A stretch of 62,848 nt of DNA, filler included, from Sphacelaria rigidula (taxonomy: Eukaryota), in the NCBI GenBank assembly GCA_964200075.2. It is 10 parts of 10 records of this genome, joined end to end, with 100 filler letters (N's around TTAATTAATTAA, not from the genome) between each part and the next. Parts side by side here need not be neighbours in the genome. Positions count along the whole stretch, not along the records: positions 18,886 to 25,080 come from CAXNAA020021601.1; positions 25,181 to 31,375 come from CAXNAA020021602.1; positions 31,476 to 37,670 come from CAXNAA020021603.1; 7 more parts are not named here. One strand, 5' to 3'. This document shows positions 23,811-37,399 of the stretch, in pieces; the stretch's first letter is position 1; the number at the start of each line of letters is the position of its first letter. The notes beneath the pieces are model-generated. The model was not told where the DNA came from, did not search any database, and saw nothing but the letters and a program-made list of their open reading frames with translations. A program made the translations under genes and the position numbers.

Positions 23811-23999
23811 GGCCCTGTCTTAGCACATGAGTTTTCGATCGAAATTGTGCGGTGGAAAGCAAAAATCCCAATCTGATAGGTTATGATTTCAACCATCGTC
23901 GTTAATGTTGAAGATGGTTGAAATCATGACCTATAAGATCAGGATTTTTATTTTCCATCGCACTTTTTCGATCGAAAACTCATGTGCTAAGACAGGCCC
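23811..23999. mobile_element. Tourist-like (PIF/Harbinger) foldback MITE
   Basis: Almost fully palindromic; TIR GG(C/G)CCTGTCTTAGCACATGAGTTTTCGATCGAAA; TGA duplicated (23808-23810, 24000-24002). Confidence 0.9.
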
Positions 24000-24881
24000 T
24001 GACTGCGCATTGCGATGGATTGATCAGCGGTCACCGTGGCCTGAACTGCAGACCGACGAATAGCAGCCACTACGGCATCAGGTAGGCGACCCGAATATTG
24101 ACGTGATTTGGAATCGGCACTTCCGCATCAAGCGTCCCGCCGTATGTGAGTCACACCTCCCTTTTCCTCATTTTCCTCTTCGACAGACCAGCAGTCGACC
24201 CACACGCTACGGCCGAAAAAGGGAAACTGGAGAACCACGAGGTACAAACGCTGCAAACGCGGAAAGCACAACTGGAACGCACCCGAAAGCCCAGAGAAAT
24301 GCAAGCGAAAAAAGTGTACACTATTATAACGAAAAGTCGCAATGTTGGCATTGACATATGCATGGACTCAAAATGACTGCTTCGTGATCAAAGGGTTAAA
24401 AATCGCCATGGGCTCAACCTTGAAGGGTTCAGGTCTGCCTTTTTGTTGAATTGGCATTTTGTCAATCCGATCTACGATATATGACACATTGTACATCTGC
24501 TTGCGCTCGGTGGGATAAGCCGTTACTTGGTAATAGTAACGCGAAGCGACCCATACCCATACCCAACCTTCTGCTTGTAATCTTGCCGCCGACTCTGAAG
24601 CACGGTCCTGTATTTACGCATTTATCTGATGCGTGTGAGCAATGACCTTAGCACCAGTCATGCAAACCATAGTTTCGAATGTCGCCATCACATCTTTTCG
24701 TCACCGTCGCACTGTAGCCCGCTTTCAACACCGGTAGACCCATGGCTTTTTGGAACCAAATGTGCTGTATATTGAAAACCATCCCTCCCCTGCCATGACA
24801 AGCGGGAGAGTTCGGGGAGGGAGGGGGGGGGCTATTCCACTGAAAAGCGATATAGAGCCTTATTGGTTTGTTCACACTCTT

Positions 24882-25080
24882 GCCGGTCGCCCCGGTGGCT
24901 CAGTTGGTAACCTCGATACCCTTGTGACAGTTGGGTAGTGGGTTCCATTCTCGGAGCGATCCGGGTTTTTTTCTCACACCATGCCCAACAGTGGAGAGCG
25001 ACTATGTCGTGGGCACACAAAACTCGAATTAACGGTCGACAAGGGAAAGGGACAGCTGGACCCCTCTCGCGATTAAAAAT
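24882..25080 (+). mobile_element. tRNA-derived SINE family 2, 5' half
   Basis: A-box TGGCTCAGTTGG and degenerate B-box; matches 35046-35422. Confidence 0.82.
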
Positions 25081-25238
25081 NNNNNNNNNNNNNNNNNNNN
25101 NNNNNNNNNNNNNNNNNNNNNNNNTTAATTAATTAANNNNNNNNNNNNNNNNNNNNNNNNNNNNNNNNNNNNNNNNNNNNGTTTGTTTGCCCCCCCTCCG
25201 TTGGTTTGTGTGGGGGGGGGGGGGGGGGGGGGGGGGGT

Positions 25239-27240
25239 ATCTGGGCAGCAATCGATCGTTTTTTCGCCATCATGTGACGTACGCACGATTTCATGCCATC
25301 TTATTTCACCCTCCACATTTCCCGCTCCAAAACGTCCCCTTTTTTTTTGTATACTTCACATGCCCCCACTATCTGAGTTCTACTCGGTGTTGCTTTGCCA
25401 CAGGAATAATCCTGTGCATGCCCTTCCTCTTCCACTCGACTACTTATTTACCTTTCTTGTTTCGGACAGGCCCCAGTCCCCCACCCGAAATCGCACTTTC
25501 AAAGGTTTCGTGCAGTCCACTGGACCGTGCAGATATTGTATGTTTTCATCCTCAACCCTTCTCTCCACCCCCGTATATCCTCAGGTGCTCTTCCTCGCTC
25601 ACTTGCCGTCTTGGCGATTTCTATCTTTCGCTTACTTCTGCCGTGCCCCCCCCCCCACGTTCACCTATGGACATCATCTCATCTTGGTCTCCCACGTCTT
25701 TTCATACTTTCTGGACTACGCCATCCCACCGTATTCCAACCCGCTTTTTCGTTACTTTCTTCCGAACAGCCCTACAACTATGGCTGGATATCTCCTTTTT
25801 GGCATGCTGCTTACATTATGTCGTCATTTCCATTTTCTCATGTCTCTTATTATTCAAGAGGGTACATTGCCAAATCTGCTCTTAACACTGTATATATATA
25901 TATATATCACCCATCGTTTCAAGTATTCAAGTATTTTCTTCGCTACTGTCATCTGTACTGCTTCCAGTGGTCACCAACTTCCCCTTCCCTTTCCACACTA
26001 CTCCTCAAACTTCTAGCTTCGGTGAATCACGTTCGCCAGTGTTCATTCCTTCATCCTAGTATCAAGGTGTGAGTCTGTCGGGATCACGTCCATCTTAATT
26101 ATCTGTGCGTTACCCTTTCCTATTAATGTATCCATGTGTGCATCTCAAGAACAGGTGCTGGAGATCTCTGTATCTATGCTGGTCTAGGATCGGTACGTGT
26201 TCTTGTCCCCACTTTCATTTGAACTATTCCAGGTTCTCCTGATCTTCGTTACATGCTACTGTCACTCTCCATTTCCTAGTGTACTTGAGCGCCTTGCCTA
26301 TCTGGTTCTGCGGTCCTTGTCGTGTTTGTGAAATCCTCACAAAGTCATCCGCGAACATCAACCACGATACCACATTTTCACCCATTTTGACTCATTACTT
26401 TGCTGCGAATACTGCTACCACCATGTCATTTGCAAATACCTTTAGTAAAGTGAGTGATGCTTACATCCTTGCGCAACACCTTGTGAAATATCAGCATAAT
26501 TGGATATATCCTCATCTAGCGTAGCACTTCTCGAACATTCTGACATATGTGTGACCGTTCTCCACATTTTTTTTTTTTCTAATCCTTGTTTCCTACATCT
26601 TCCACAGCGCATTCCTCCATACGGTCATAGGCCTCCTGTACGTCTGGAAAGAAACCTCACGTTATTAACCCTGCGTTTTTCTACCTAGAATCATCGGACC
26701 TAATGTGTACACATTGTCTACGCAGCTACGGTTAGGTCTAAGCCCTGCTTGTCCCTCGCTGATTTTCTTTTCCATTCTCTGGAATCGTTCCTACTCCATC
26801 AGTCAGAATCAAGCAGAACGCTTTCCCTACAGTGGTCAGTTGCGATATCCCTTCCTACTCCATCATTCCCTGAGTCAGCCTTGTCTACTTTTTTGAAAAG
26901 CCACTACTCCCTTTCTCCGCCTCTTGGGTGTATGGTCGTTTATTCAGACCCCATCATTCAACGTGACCCTCAAGGTAACCATTCCCTCTGCCCCGTTCTT
27001 CATGAGTTTTTCACTATTCCATCTGTCTCTTCCGCATTTCTGTCCTTGAGTTTAGCTACTCACTCCTTTACTTCCTCTCTTGCGTAGTCTCTCCGCAATT
27101 GTCTTGACACTATCTCCCGTTTTGATGCCTCTATATGTACCCTTTCCCAATGTTTTCTCCTCAAATTCCGCGTCGAACCTCTTGCTAGTTGTTGGTGTTA
27201 CTAGCGCTCGGTATTGTTCTACTACTTCTTTTTTCGCCAT
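25239..27240 (-). mobile_element. RTEX-like LINE family B, heavily degenerate RT to C-terminal region
   Basis: Colinear with 53240-55510; bounded by a G-run (25213-25238) and (TG)n (27248-27308). Confidence 0.88.
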
Positions 27241-27245
27241 ATCGG

Positions 27246-27247
<2 letters not shown>

Positions 27248-27308
<61 letters not shown>
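27248..27308. repeat. (TG)n microsatellite
   Basis: About 30 TG units. Confidence 0.95.
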
Positions 27309-27309
<1 letters not shown>

Positions 27310-27749
27310 ATACTACCACATAAAAAGGGAAGATTCCGACTAGTGTCTGCCGAGGACAATTACCTTTTCACATCACTATTCATTTCGGCATACCATTCAG
27401 ATCGGTCGTTTCAGTTGAACTCGCCAAACAAGCTTCACACCACCAATCAAAACGCCCGACAGAGGCACCACAGTTCAAGCCCAACGCAGTCATGAAAAAT
27501 ACTCCCCCCCGGGAAACGAGCCTGGCTCTCCCTACGTTGTATTCTTTTATTACGTTTCATATGTTTCATTTGTTTCATGTTTTTCCATTATTTTTTATAT
27601 TTATGATCACGAGCTGGATTGTTACAATCAGCAACGTAATGCGAGATAATCAGTTCGTCGTCTTGTTTGTTGTAGTAGTTGTTGTTGTTGTTGTTGCTGC
27701 TTCTGTCTTTTTCTGTTCCTTTCCTTCTTGCTTATGCTACCCTTTTTTT

Positions 27750-28218
27750 GCTGCTCCTGACCACGGGCTGGACTGTTGCAGTCAGCTATTGTGAGGTAGT
27801 GAACCGATCAATCGATCAACCATCAATATTGCCATCTCTTGCACGAGTGCTATTGTGACACAACACAGAGTTGGTATCAATCGTACTTCAGTGCTTTCTC
27901 TCTACAGGGGTCGGTCAGTCTAGTTTTTCTCATCACTTTTGTGTGGGACCGTTTGTCCATGATTTTTTTCTTCTCTTCTCTTCCCTTCTTTCTCCTCTCC
28001 TTCTCTCTTCTCCTGTGATTCCCTCTCCTTTATTTTCGATTGTTTTTTTGTAGTTTATGTTCCGATTCTTTACAGCCTGTTCCACATTTTCGTGTTTCCC
28101 CTTTTTCACTCTTCTTTCGCGAGTGTTTCCGTTTTGTTTACCTAGGGTATGACATCTTGTGACCACGGCTGAATGTATTGGGGATCATTTTCTGTGCGAC
28201 AATCATTCAATCAGTCAT
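27750..28218 (+). mobile_element. Two probable RTE-type LINE 3' tails (about 27755-27830 and 28155-28218)
   Basis: Both have pyrimidine-rich leaders, TGACCACGG(G)CTG and degenerate (CAAT)n tails. The RTE assignment is from recollection of such tails. Confidence 0.5.
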
Positions 28219-29160
28219 GAATTATCAAACACCACGGGAATGGATGAGTATTTATCATTACATTCGAGGCATAAACCAGAAAACAATAATGAGGCATGTC
28301 TCAAGTCATTATGAAACGATCAAGCCATCCGGCCCTCGCGAATGACCCGTCCGCCGGCGACTCCTTTAGCCGTCCCGGTTCAGCAGTGGAATTAACGTCA
28401 CCCATCACCGTACTGACCCTCTACGGCACTGCACCGCAATCCACGACACATTTGCTAGCAAAATTCTACTTTCGTCGGGCAGGAAGAAGCGAAAAAGGAC
28501 TGGTACAGTATACTTTGACATATTTACCTGCCGGACAGCCTCTTTGACGCCATCCAGTCGCGCTCGCCTGGTATCCGTTGCGTTCCGGTACTCGCTTGAT
28601 GCACGAGAGTGTTCGCAGCGTTTCCTGGCGGCGGGCTATCCGGTAAATGGCCCCTTGCAAGTTTCTGGCAATGAACACGTAAAATGATCCACCCGGCTTC
28701 GAGATGAGTTTGAGTCAAGCAGGTCGTTTTTTGCGCTCGTATCCACACATCGTGCTCTACTATACCTCTTTCGTGAATCATCCATACAGTTGCGGTGAAA
28801 CGCTGAGGAAGATATAGAGATGTGAGGACGGTGATATTTACCTCAAATTTTGCAAAATGCAGCGCAAAATTGCGAGGTCTTCTCGGAGTTTTTTTTCTGG
28901 TGCGTGATGATAGTGCTCGCTGGTACCACATCAATCAACTCTGGCGGTACATATAACCCACCACGTCTCGGGGCTTCGAGTGCATCGTGATTGTCATGTT
29001 GCTACCCGTGATGACGGGTGTCAAGTTGTCACACCGCTCATGCCCCGGTAGGATAGTTGAGAAATACCAGACTGCACCCCAAGCGACATGAAGCTTCCAC
29101 ACGTCGGACGAGCACGAGTGTGACTCGTGGCACTCGCACTCGTTGGGCTGCTCGTTGGCC

Positions 29161-29296
29161 GTGAAAATTAATAGGGCGAGCACTCGAGTCATTGCTCGTC
29201 GTGGAAAAAAATAATAGGGCGAGCACTCGAGTCATTGCTCGTTGTGGAAAAAAATAATAGGGCGAGCACTTGAGCCATTGCTCGCTGTGGGGAAAA
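29161..29296. repeat. Tandem repeat, ~3 x 43 bp, each unit containing a CGAGCA/TGCTCG hairpin
   Basis: Unit GTGGAAAAAAATAATAGGGCGAGCACTCGAGTCATTGCTCGTT; no spacers. Confidence 0.9.
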
Positions 29297-31188
29297 AGCA
29301 CGGTTAGGACAAATCAACTCGTGAGTCAACTCAAAGTCATCATCTCAATGAATAAATCATGCGGTTCGTTCATCAGTTGTAATTCACGCAGTCAACCCTT
29401 GTTCATGACTCAAGGCGTGCATGGCTTGTACATGCACGCCATGTGCGACAAGTTCGACGTCAGCGCCGGTATATGTTTCCCACCTTCGGATGAATGCGGG
29501 ACTTACGTAAGTCAATAAGCTTAATTAATCTGCAGTCATGGGGCCTACACCACACACACTAGTCTCAAACCTGTAATGCGCGCAAGATGCCTGCACTACC
29601 CAATATGTTATATGTTATCCGCCCTCGAGTGAATGTGGGACCAACACTCGGCAAAGAGTTGAATTCTGCCATTTCATGTTCATGGGGCCGGTATCACGCG
29701 TATTTTTTTCCCATGGGTAGTGCGCTGTTTATGTGTTATCCACCCTTGACTCAGCGGACCAATCGTTTATACAGCACGACTGCTTGCGTATCATGGCGAG
29801 TCAACATAACACTACACCCGGCAGGTACAAGGAGGCGCGGCAGTTCGCCGCGGCTGTTTAGTACCGTGCACGAGCGGTACCTCTGCGTAATGGTGGAAAG
29901 ATGTGTTTTTCCAATGAAGAACCATCGACGGCGTGGTCGTATGCTGTTGTGTTGGGACCTCACAGGAAGGAAACAAGCAATATTGTACTGAAAGCACCTG
30001 TACAAATTGCTCCGCCGTGCCGGTACACGGAGTGCTATTCACCTTTCTGTGCTTCAGACCAACCGACAGCGAAGGGGATGTGGCCGGTACCATAGTACGG
30101 GGAAAAAACATCGAGGATATTGTAGATTGCACATCGTGAACAAAGTTGCGCAGTGGTGTACGGTGGTTCACCGCAGTTGGCAACTGCTGTGTAAAAACAA
30201 ACCTTGACAGAACCCACTCGGGGTTTCCTTGTCCGGGCCCAACAAAGCATAGCACAGCAACACGGATACACTACGCTAGGCTAGGCTAGGCTAGGCTACA
30301 CTAGACTAGACTACAAAACATATGACAGCACATCACGGCACAGTTCCGCACAAACCAGCACAGCAGCGTACTGTGTGCTCCCACAATACAACACTGTACG
30401 CTGCACTACACTACACTTACCACAACAGAACAAGCCAAACGCAGAGCAGCGCAGTATAACACAGAACATTACTGTGATACCTTACCGTACCGTGAACGGT
30501 ACCGACTGCGCACACGATGGTTTCAGAATTTTTGGCGATGTGACATGTTGACTCTTGGTCAACTCAGAGCCATCATTTCAATGAATATATCACACGTGTC
30601 GTACATCATTTGTAATCCATACAGCTTCTTAGCTTGTGCGTGGCTCAGTATAACCCTACGGTTCTCGCTTCATACCTTCCATGACTCCCGGGGTAAATAG
30701 TGGGCACATAAGTCAACTCTGCGCTGAAAATTTGGATTCATATATTGTACATGTTACCCATTTCTTATCATCATGAGTGTCATGTACAACTTGCTTGGCC
30801 AACCTGTTGGGGATGAGCGCCCGCACATTTTCCCACCTTCGGGCTAATGCGGGACTGACAAGTTGTACAGAGGCGGTCACCACTTAAGAATACCTTATTT
30901 TGAGCGAGGCTCAGTTCTTGTTGGCTGCCCCAACCCGAGCACAAGTTCTTATTNNNNNNNNNNGTTCTTATTCTCCATGTTCTTATTTCGTCGCCCCATC
31001 CTTGTCCAAAATCCGTGTTCTTGTTCTTATTTCAGCACCAATTGCTTAACTGGTGTGCAACAGTCACTATGCACAAGTCCTTATTTGCCATAATATTTTT
31101 TTGTCGTCCCATCCGTGTCCAAAAGCGATGCTCTTGTCCGTATTTCAACACTGATTGCTCCAATGGTGTGCTGCAGCAGTCAGTATTA

Positions 31189-31310
31189 GCGGTACACCTC
31201 ATGTGCGGGTTCTTGTTCTTCTATGTAGCTGCAGCGGTACACCTCATGTGCGGGTTCTTGTTCTTTTATGTAGCTGCAGCGGTACACCTCATGTGCGGGT
31301 TCTTGTTCTT
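31189..31310. repeat. Tandem repeat, ~2.7 x 45 bp
   Basis: GCGGTACACCTCATGTGCGGGTTCTTGTTCTTYTATGTAGCTGCA repeated head to tail. Confidence 0.9.
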
Positions 31311-32679
31311 AACCCCAGGTCCAATTTGAGCACGTGTTCTTATGAGCAAGTTCTTAATATTTCAATTTTTTGAGGNNNNNNNNNNNNNNNNNNNNNNNNN
31401 NNNNNNNNNNNNNNNNNNNTTAATTAATTAANNNNNNNNNNNNNNNNNNNNNNNNNNNNNNNNNNNNNNNNNNNNATAATCATCCTTTGAAGCCACGCAG
31501 CGCACAAAACGCCCTGGTTCACCGAAACTGCTGCGTCAACACCTACCTGCGGCTTCAGTCCACACACACGTCAAGTTTCAGTATCATCAGGCGCCTGGTG
31601 TACTGTGTTGGGGCGCCTAATCTCCAAAAATACCGCCTCCATAATATTGAAAAGGAATAACACTGTTTGTAATGCCTGCACTGTCCATGAGCATGCATGC
31701 AAATCTATTGCCCACCGTACCACCCAGTTCCGTCGCCGATGCCTACCATGAGAGAAGATGTGCAAGTTTTCGCCAACAACAAAAAATGTAAAGCAAACCC
31801 GACCACTGCCGTGTATCTATCCCCGAGCCAAAAAAAAATCGTGCTCTATGCTGCAGGGTTGCGGTGGTAGCTGAGAATGAGTTGCTATGGTTGTGACTGC
31901 TCGGCGTATCTTCTGCTGAGCCGGCTGTACGGTCACCACTTCACAAAAAAGGGCCAACAGGTGAACAAAAAGGGTAAGATATTTTTTTCAGCAGAAGGCG
32001 GGGTGTACCCTCCTGGTTTGTTTACAAAAAAGGGTACTCTCACATGCTCTCATTCTCGGCGCCATAGTTCAGGCTAGTAACACGTATGAAGATGAAAAAA
32101 ACAGTCGGGCATGCTGCCCAGATACCTTGTGCGTGGGGCTGAGGCGCTAGAACGTGTTTTCAAGGTGTTCAGCCCGCGTGCAGCGCCGTGCCTCAAAGCG
32201 AAAAATTCGTGGCCCTTTTCTGTTCCAAAAGCACCTGGGTGTACCCTTTTATGTGTATTGTCCCCCAAGAAAGTGCCAAGACACACCCCAAGCGAACCAG
32301 ACTGAAAAAAAAAAAGCGAAATCCGCAGTCCGCAAAACAAGATATTTGAACATGTACAGCCCATATACAGGCCACAACTTATGAACCATAGACATGGTAG
32401 AATGGTTTCAGTCCCAACTTCACATATACAACCTATATGATATGCAGAATAATCTTGCTCAGTATCTACGTGTCATTAGCCCTGCTGGGCAAGGTCGGCG
32501 CGTGCCCAGCGGACGAGGCTTTCACACAACAGACTGGGTCATCTGTGCATGCTTCGACTCCGGATTCGGGGTACCAAGAGTCACTGCTCGTCCTGAACTC
32601 TTACCACATATATGAAGGTGTATTCAATTGCCCGTACTCATATTGATTCATGTGACGACTCGAGATACTTGTCCGAGGT

Positions 32680-32858
32680 TTTTTTTGAGCCCCGTCCATA
32701 TAAGTTGCTTAGGGAGTTCGTGGTCCGCTTTGGGGTTGTCGAACCAAGCCCTTCTTCCTCTCTCTGTGTTATTTTCCAACGTGAGGAATGCCTTCTGGGG
32801 AAAAAAAAAAGCCCGTTTGAACACAATCCTCTTCGATACCCACTTGGTGATCCACTAG
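32680..32858 (+). mobile_element. Possible relic hAT transposase C-terminal dimerisation domain
   Basis: Across a frameshift: FFEPRPYKLLREFVVRFGVVEPSPSSS / FSNVRNAFWGKKKARLNTILFDTHLVIH, resembling YPxL...PxSSxxSERxFS...KRxRL. Confidence 0.45.
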
Positions 32859-34568
32859 GCGAGCTATTGTGCTTCGCTGCTCCCATGACATGTCTTCATT
32901 CATGGGGCGTGCTGGGGGAAACGGAGGAAAGAAATCGCTTGGATTGCGTTCGGGTCGTAGTTCTTCTCCAATAACCAATGGCAAAAAAATGAGCAAGTCT
33001 CATTTGTCCATGGCACGGTTGCGGCAACTGGAGTCTGAGCTAACGGCAAGAATGGGACAGGGGACCCTGGGAGAGGCAAGGCCAGATGACGCACGCTTGA
33101 TCGAGATTGTTCGAGCTATTGCAGAGTTGGTGAGTTTCTGTTCCCTGCTTTTCCAATAAATCTGGAAATGTCTGCCCACAACCGCAACATGGTGTCGGAG
33201 TTGATCTGTTGCCCATTGTATTTCAGTGCCGCACTCCATCTGCTTCACAATTATTTAGTACAAACAACAGGGGTAGTCCTGTCTGTCTGTATGCACCAAC
33301 TGCCGAAGCAGACTCCAAGAATCGGATTTATCCGTCCGTTTTGTCTTGTACCATTTGTACTTTTGAGCCAATTTCCTACTTAGGTTCAACCTACTTGCCC
33401 GAGCTCCTGTACGTTAGTTCCTTCCCTTGCGCACCATTGGCACCATTGACATTCTAGAGCTTTAGCATTTGGCTGTAGCACAGAGCTAAGTAGATCAGAT
33501 CCCCAGGAGATGAGCTTATAATGTGCAACATTGATGTAGCTGGGACCGACAAAGACGACAGAGAGGGCCTTGCCGACTAGCGTCACGTTTGATATCAGCC
33601 CCAATGTTGAAGCCCGCCGAATGTAGATTCTGTGGGCCGCATGATACAGCCATGGGCGCAACTGGTGGCTCACTGGTATAAAGTACATTTACGACGATGA
33701 ATATATAAAATTCGATGTTCAGTGCACAAACGCATCTTGACTTTGTAACCGAACTTGTCCACTAAGCCACAAGCGCCTGTGGCTATTTTCCATCATGGCC
33801 GCTGGAGCCGCTACGTGGACTGCAACAAAACCCCACATGCGGGTTTTCTCATGTGGAACCGGAACTCTTCTCGTGAAAATTCAACATATTGTGCCATGTG
33901 ATACCGACACCTACATTCCAACAAGTCATGTACTACGAGGGGGCGTGGGCAATAGTTCCAAGTGGTGCCGAAATCTACATTCCAACAAGTTATGCACTAC
34001 AAGGTGGCGTGCGCGGTGTATTTTGCGTTGCACGCCCTCATCATTATCCATTGCTCTTGTATTGTAGAAGTCCACTGACAGTGGACATCGGCTTCACCTT
34101 AGCAGCCTGCGCGCCGACCTCGAACGTGCGCTGTTCGCGTGGTGTGGGCGACATGTGTGTTGTTGCCGTACATCAACTCAGCTCACAAAGTAGCTACGGG
34201 TGCTACTGCTACCCGCTGGACGGCCAGATCCATAGTGCCGAAAGTGCGGTGTTCCTCTCCTACTCCCCCTCCCCCCGCCCCCCTCCCAAGAGAAAAAGGT
34301 ATGTCGAGGGTACAACTGTGCATGTTTTCCTGACCTTTTGTACGTGTGCGCATCGACTATCACGACTAGCGTTGGTTATATAATTTATCTCTCAGCCTTT
34401 CCTACCAGTCTGATGGGCAACCTGTACCGCCTGCGAAGTTCGGATTTAGTATTCTGTCCGCCGGTTGGCGGCGACTATGCCCAGAGGTTTTGAAGATTCA
34501 CTGGCTGGTTCAGGGTGAACGACCAAGATTTACTCCCCAGCGATTTTTCACTAGAGTTTTTCGAGTTA

Positions 34569-35042
34569 GGCCAACTCTAATGGGAGCCGTTCAAATTCCT
34601 GTCAAGAACTGCCTTTTGGGCTCCTCTCCGTCGATTTACGCCCGACATGAGGGCTAGCCGGATGTTGATGCCTTGAAATGACTTGCTCTACTCGTTGAGA
34701 CCCTTCTAGGGCAACTTTGCATTTCCCGCTGGCCGCACTTTTGTGTTTGGCCAAATGAGGCCAAACACGGATTTTCAGTAAAAAACGACGGTCAGGTTAT
34801 CAAAATTTCCCACTGATTTTTTATCGCTTGACCTTTCTTTGTCGAAAATCCGTGTTTGGCCAAAAACGAAAGTGCGGCCAGCGGGAAATGCAAAGTTTCC
34901 CTGGAACGGTCTCAATGAGTAGAGTAGGTCATTCCAAGGCGCAAACACCCGCCTAGCCCCCTTTTCAGGTGTTAAACGACGAGGAAGCACCAAAAAGCCG
35001 GTTTTAAACAGAAATTTTGAACAGCTCCCAGTAGAGTCGGTC
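34569..35042. mobile_element. PIF/Harbinger-type foldback MITE, TTA TSD; a solo right end of the same family lies at ~42990-43049
   Basis: Imperfect inverted arms of about 200 bp starting GGCCAACTCTA; TTA at 34566-34568 and 35043-35045. Confidence 0.88.
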
Positions 35043-35045
35043 TTA

Positions 35046-35422
35046 TGTGTTGTGTTGTGTTTTGTGTTGTCGTCCCATTTATTCTGGGCGCCAGTCTACC
35101 CCTTTGGGGATATGTGGGCGCATCACCCGGGGTCACACAGGAGGAAGGTCAACATGAGAGTTTTTTTTATCTTTTATTTGTTTTTAGTACCCCCCCCTTC
35201 CTTCTGCGGTGCTTGCCTTTTTACTTTTCATCGCGAGAGAGGGGATTAGCCGCCCCTTTCCCTCGTCGACCGTTAAGTCGAATTTTGTGTACCCACGATA
35301 TAGTCGCTCTCCACTATTGGGTATGGTGTAAGAAAAAATCCCAGATCGCTCCGGGAATCGAACCCACAACTCAACCGTCAGAAGGGTACGAGGTTGTCAA
35401 CTGAGCCACCGGGGAGACCGGC
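35046..35422 (-). mobile_element. tRNA-derived SINE family 2, full length
   Basis: A-box TGGCTCAGTTG, B-box GGTTCGATTCC, (ACACA)n tail. Confidence 0.88.
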
Positions 35423-37399
35423 TTTCAGGCCCTAAAATTTGTCACACATGCAGGAAGGCTTGAAACCAGTGAAAAAAATTTTTTTAGATCCCCGTGCTTT
35501 GCACCACAACACACAGCACACAGACTCTCTCCCAGAGGCGTTCACATTACAGCCGTAGACAACAAACACGCACACTCCTCGGGTACCTGCGTAACGTGTG
35601 GGGTGTGGTAAAGGAGAGAAGGAAGTCTGCATCCCAGGATAGGTCTGCATGCATGGAGCCTGTGTCCACTTGAGTGTGTGACGTGTGTCGTATTTAGTGC
35701 TTTGCAGGCACTTGACGGATGTCCATACACAGCACGAAGTCCTCTGGCGGGCTGCAGCGTTATTTCGTACCTCCAGCATAGTAAGTCTGCAGTTGAAATA
35801 AAAGGTTTCTACAAATTTTCGTCGTCAACGATTTTCAATGATGTTTTTGCATGCCACCGCTCATCCAAGTGAACGTTTGATCCCGAAGTTTGGGGGTCGG
35901 GAGATACTACGCATCCGCTCCACGAAACAAAAGTCGTCTCTGCGCTCAATATTGAACGACTTACGGACTGAGTTGGCAGGGGGTGTTATTGGCCGTTTTT
36001 GGTCCAGAACACATTTATCTTCGGCTTGTAAAATAATTCACGGAAACGACGGCAACCTTTTTTTATAATGGAAGCCCGAAGAAGAATGTTCTCCTTGGAG
36101 AATTTGGGTAAGGTTTGTCCAATCATACCACGCAACGGATGAAGTGTGTCCAATTATATCCATCGACAATAATTGGCAAAACACTATGAAAAATTCCATT
36201 AAAAAAATAGCAATGGCCTCCAGGGTCCAACCTGGCACGTTTGTATATTCGCATTTGTACATAAGGGAAGCACCGCTTTGACGGGCCGCAGCATCGGGTG
36301 GCGAGTTTGCCAAGCCACACCGTACACATACAGCATAGTATGGCTGAACCCAGCGAAATCCCGTCACCACATGTGGAAGGCACAGTGGGTTGTGGGGGTG
36401 GTACATTGTGGGCGTAATCGCAGGCGTCCGAACAGACGATATACATGTACACGGGAGGGAGCCAGCGGACACCGCCTACCGTAATCAGGCCAGATGAAAA
36501 ACACTACAGTCAGTAAATACAGTAGGTTACAGTATTGACTTGCGGCGACACTCCGCGCGAGATAAATATGGGCATGTCGTGAAAAGTCGGCCTCGAGAGT
36601 AGACGGCACGAGACGATAGTGGTAGCCGGCGTCATGAATCTCGTGCAGCATGAAGTATGTCTATGCAACGGTCGGGAACGATCAACCCGCGGTATAGATG
36701 TGGTGGGGCAACTGTGCCTTTCGCTACGCCGTTGTGTAATAGTCAGCCCGAAGTATGATGTCGGCACGTACTTGGCAGAGCGCAGTTATGTGCATGCCCT
36801 GCGTTTTACAGAGATATTTTCAAAATACAATACAGACATGACACGAAGCAGTAAGGTATCACCCCTGGGGCGACGGCACTTGGCAGACTTTACACCCCAG
36901 TGACGGTGCATAACTGCAGGGCACATGGCGTCTACGTCGCCTTCACCCATTTTTCAAAGGGCGGGATGGTGCTGTCGGAACGTGCATGGGCGCGATGTTG
37001 TGCGTGACGTGAGTCTGCAGTCGAGATTACCCCAAACTGCTGTAAACACACGCAGTACTGTACAGGGCAGTGTCGCAGCACCCCCGGCGGCACGGAAAGG
37101 TGACTGCCTGGGATTGTATTACACCGCCAGTTCATAAATTTAGCGAATGTGCCATCGGCGTTGCCCTTGTTGTTATGACACTGCAAAGAGTATAACTGCA
37201 GCGGGCGGGGCGTGCAGGTCAGGTGGGAAGCACGCTTCACACAGGCCTGCCGTGCACTGTGACCGGGGAAGGAGCGCATGAGTGTAGAAGAAAACGTCGA
37301 CGGGTCGCAGCAAGAAAATAGGGAACCTTCTCTTGTTCCACTTGTCACTCGTACGGGTCTGAAAAATACGCGTTTGGCCAAAATTGTTGCGTCTAAGCT

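Noticed and set aside
24882..24960. tRNA gene (also 7029, 17810, 35350-35422, 51510-51592)
   Set aside because: A/B boxes are present but the cloverleaf is degenerate, and each continues into a SINE body and tail.
29161..29296. CRISPR-like array of palindromic repeats
   Set aside because: Units are contiguous with no unique spacers, there are no cas genes, and the context is eukaryotic. The same applies to 31189-31310.
32869..33129. Possible exon ending at a GTGAGT donor (33130)
   Set aside because: No homology or partner exon identified, and it lies next to a probable hAT relic.
35838..36472. Possible degenerate or viral coding region
   Set aside because: Short frames with stops and no motif I can support.
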